Source: Pseudomonas aeruginosa (GTDB taxonomy: Bacteria; Pseudomonadota; Gammaproteobacteria; Pseudomonadales; Pseudomonadaceae). From it: 32,000 nucleotides of DNA. The notes beneath the pieces are model-generated. The model was not told the DNA's origin and did no database searches. It was given only the letters and a program-made list of their open reading frames with translations. Shown here piece by piece: positions 30,057 to 32,000 of this stretch. Within the stretch, counting starts at the first letter, position 1. Every line of letters begins with the position of its first letter. The stretch is from assembly GCF_001457615.1 (NCBI RefSeq), contig NZ_LN831024.1, positions 1,950,001 to 1,982,000 on the forward strand. The letters run 5' to 3'. A program made the translations under genes and the position numbers.

Positions 30057-30950
30057 TCAGGCCGCTGGAGTGCCGTTGCCGAATGCCTGTTCGTCGAGCA
30101 GGCGCATGAAGGCGCGCGCGGCGTTCGACAGGGTCCGCTCAGTGTGCAGGATATAGCCGAGCTGGCGGCTGAGTTGGATGTCCTGCAGCGGCAGGCGCAC
30201 CACCTGGTCGTCGAGCATGGTCCGCGGCAGCACGCTCCAGGCCAGGCCGATGGAGACCATCATCTTGATGGTCTCCAGGTAGTTGGTGCTCATGGCGATG
30301 TTCGGCGTCAGCCCTTCGGCTTCGAACATGCGCCGCACGATGTGGTGGGTGAAGGTGTTGCCGCCGGGGAATACCGCGGGGTGCTTGGCGACGTCGGCGA
30401 GGAACACCGTGCCCTGTCGGGCCAGCGGGTGCTCCGGGGCGGCGACGAAGTCCAGCGGGTCGTCCCACACCGGGACTGCGCGCACCGGTTCGGCGGTTTC
30501 CGGGGCCAGGGTGATCACCGCCAGTTCCGCACGACCATGAAGGATCTCCTCGTAGGCCACTTCCGAATCCAGGAACTGGATATCCAGCGCCACCTGCGGA
30601 TGCGCCCGGGTGAAGGCGCGCAGCAGCGGCGGCAGGCGATGCAGGCCGATGTGGTGGCTGGTGGCCAGGACCAGCCGGCCGCTGACCTCGCCGGTGAGGT
30701 TGTTCAGCGCCCGGCGGGTGTCGTCGAGCACGTTGAGCAACTGGTAGGCGCGCGGCAGCAGGGCGCGGCCGGCCTCGGTGAGGTTGACCTCGCGGCCGAC
30801 CCGGTCGAACAGCCGGGCATTGAGCTGCTGTTCGAGGGCGGCGATGCGCTTGCTCACCGCCGGTTGGGTCAGGTGCAGGCGCTCGCCGGCTTCGGAGAAG
30901 CTGCCGGTCTCGGCAATGGCGATGAAGGTGTTGAGGCTGTTCAGGTCCAT
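30057..30950 (-). CDS. LysR-family transcriptional regulator, divergent from leuC
   Basis: MDLNSLNTFIAIAETGSFSEAGERLHLTQPAVSKRIAALEQQLNARLFDRVGREVNLTEAG. Confidence 0.93.
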   Translation of the reverse strand: MDLNSLNTFIAIAETGSFSEAGERLHLTQPAVSKRIAALEQQLNARLFDRVGREVNLTEAGRALLPRAYQLLNVLDDTRRALNNLTGEVSGRLVLATSHHIGLHRLPPLLRAFTRAHPQVALDIQFLDSEVAYEEILHGRAELAVITLAPETAEPVRAVPVWDDPLDFVAAPEHPLARQGTVFLADVAKHPAVFPGGNTFTHHIVRRMFEAEGLTPNIAMSTNYLETIKMMVSIGLAWSVLPRTMLDDQVVRLPLQDIQLSRQLGYILHTERTLSNAARAFMRLLDEQAFGNGTPAA

Positions 30951-31112
30951 TGCGGGCCTCCGCTGGTTTCGGCTGCCCGGAGCTTAGCGCCAATGGATTC
31001 CTGTTGGGAATGCTTTGGATGAAAAATATGAATTTGAGTTATTCGTAGACAAGCCATAGGATCATCCTCACAAGCCCTGTGGGCATAGAAATGAGCTGAT
31101 GAGGAAATCCCG

Positions 31113-32000
31113 ATGGCCGGCAAGACCCTCTACGACAAACTCTGGGACATGCACCTGGTCAAGCAGCGCGACGACGGTTCGGCGCTGATCTACATCGACC
31201 GCCATATCCTGCACGAAGTGACCTCGCCGCAGGCCTTCGAGGGTCTTCGCCTGGCCGGGCGCAAGCCGTGGCGGATCGACGCCAACATCGCCACCCCGGA
31301 CCACAACGTGCCGACCACCCGCACCGAGCGCAAGGGCGGCATCGCCGCCATCGCCGACGAGGTCTCGCGCCTGCAGGTGCAGACCCTCGACGAGAACTGC
31401 GACGACTTCGGCATCACCGAATTCAAGATGAACGACGTGCGCCAGGGCATCGTCCATGTGGTCGGTCCGGAGCAGGGCGCGACCCTCCCGGGGATGACCG
31501 TGGTCTGCGGCGACTCGCACACTTCCACCCACGGCGCCTTCGGCGCGCTGGCCCACGGCATCGGCACTTCCGAGGTCGAGCATGTGCTGGCGACCCAGTG
31601 CCTGGTGGCGAAGAAGATGAAGAACATGCTGGTCAAGGTCGAAGGCAGGCTGCCGGCCGGCGTCACGGCGAAGGATATCGTCCTCGCGGTGATCGGCAGG
31701 ATCGGCACCGCCGGCGGCAACGGCCACGCCATCGAGTTCGCCGGCAGCGCCATCCGCGACCTGTCCATCGAAGGGCGGATGACCATCTGCAACATGTCGA
31801 TCGAGGCGGGCGCCCGCGTCGGCCTGGTCGCCGTCGACCAGAAGACCATCGACTACGTGAAGGGCCGGCCCTTCGCGCCGAGCGCCGAGCAATGGGACCA
31901 GGCCGTCGCCTGCTGGCAGGGGCTGGTGTCGGACGCCGATGCCCGCTTCGATACCGTGGTCGAGCTGGACGCCGCGCAGATCAAGCCGCAGGTCAGCTGG
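31113..32000 (+). CDS. leuC: 3-isopropylmalate dehydratase large subunit (5' part, runs off the window)
   Basis: [82 protein letters not shown]; open to window end. Confidence 0.96.
   Translation, partial: MAGKTLYDKLWDMHLVKQRDDGSALIYIDRHILHEVTSPQAFEGLRLAGRKPWRIDANIATPDHNVPTTRTERKGGIAAIADEVSRLQVQTLDENCDDFGITEFKMNDVRQGIVHVVGPEQGATLPGMTVVCGDSHTSTHGAFGALAHGIGTSEVEHVLATQCLVAKKMKNMLVKVEGRLPAGVTAKDIVLAVIGRIGTAGGNGHAIEFAGSAIRDLSIEGRMTICNMSIEAGARVGLVAVDQKTIDYVKGRPFAPSAEQWDQAVACWQGLVSDADARFDTVVELDAAQIKPQVSW

Overview
The window reads as Pseudomonas aeruginosa chromosome spanning the 3' end of an O-antigen (B-band LPS) cluster and its conserved flank. The AT-richer wbp part (about 1-9.1 kb) has a Wzx-like flippase, three glycosyltransferases, an asparagine-synthase-like amidotransferase, an NAD-dependent sugar epimerase/reductase, WbpL and WbpM. 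Its order matches the O6-type wzx-wbpR-wbpS-wbpT-wbpU-wbpV-wbpL-wbpM arrangement, recalled from knowledge and not searched. Downstream lie comEA-like, tRNA-Asn, an aromatic/aspartate aminotransferase, uvrB, an EmrAB-type efflux pair with a divergent LysR, gltX, two tRNA-Ala/tRNA-Glu pairs, TetR + hydrolase, a KDPG-aldolase-like gene, a thioesterase, dusC, an SDR, a glyoxalase-GNAT fusion, ibpA, an SGNH hydrolase, LysR, RidA, LysR and the 5' part of leuC. The main points are: two single-base G-tract frameshifts (uvrB and a LysR gene) that are either read errors or real lesions; a ROSE-like RNA thermometer plus sigma32 promoter at ibpA; a terminator whose 3' arm overlaps the tRNA-Asn promoter; and a tRNA promoter with a GC-rich discriminator. 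I found no convincing wholly new system. The region looks like known Pseudomonas biology with some regulatory details worth testing.
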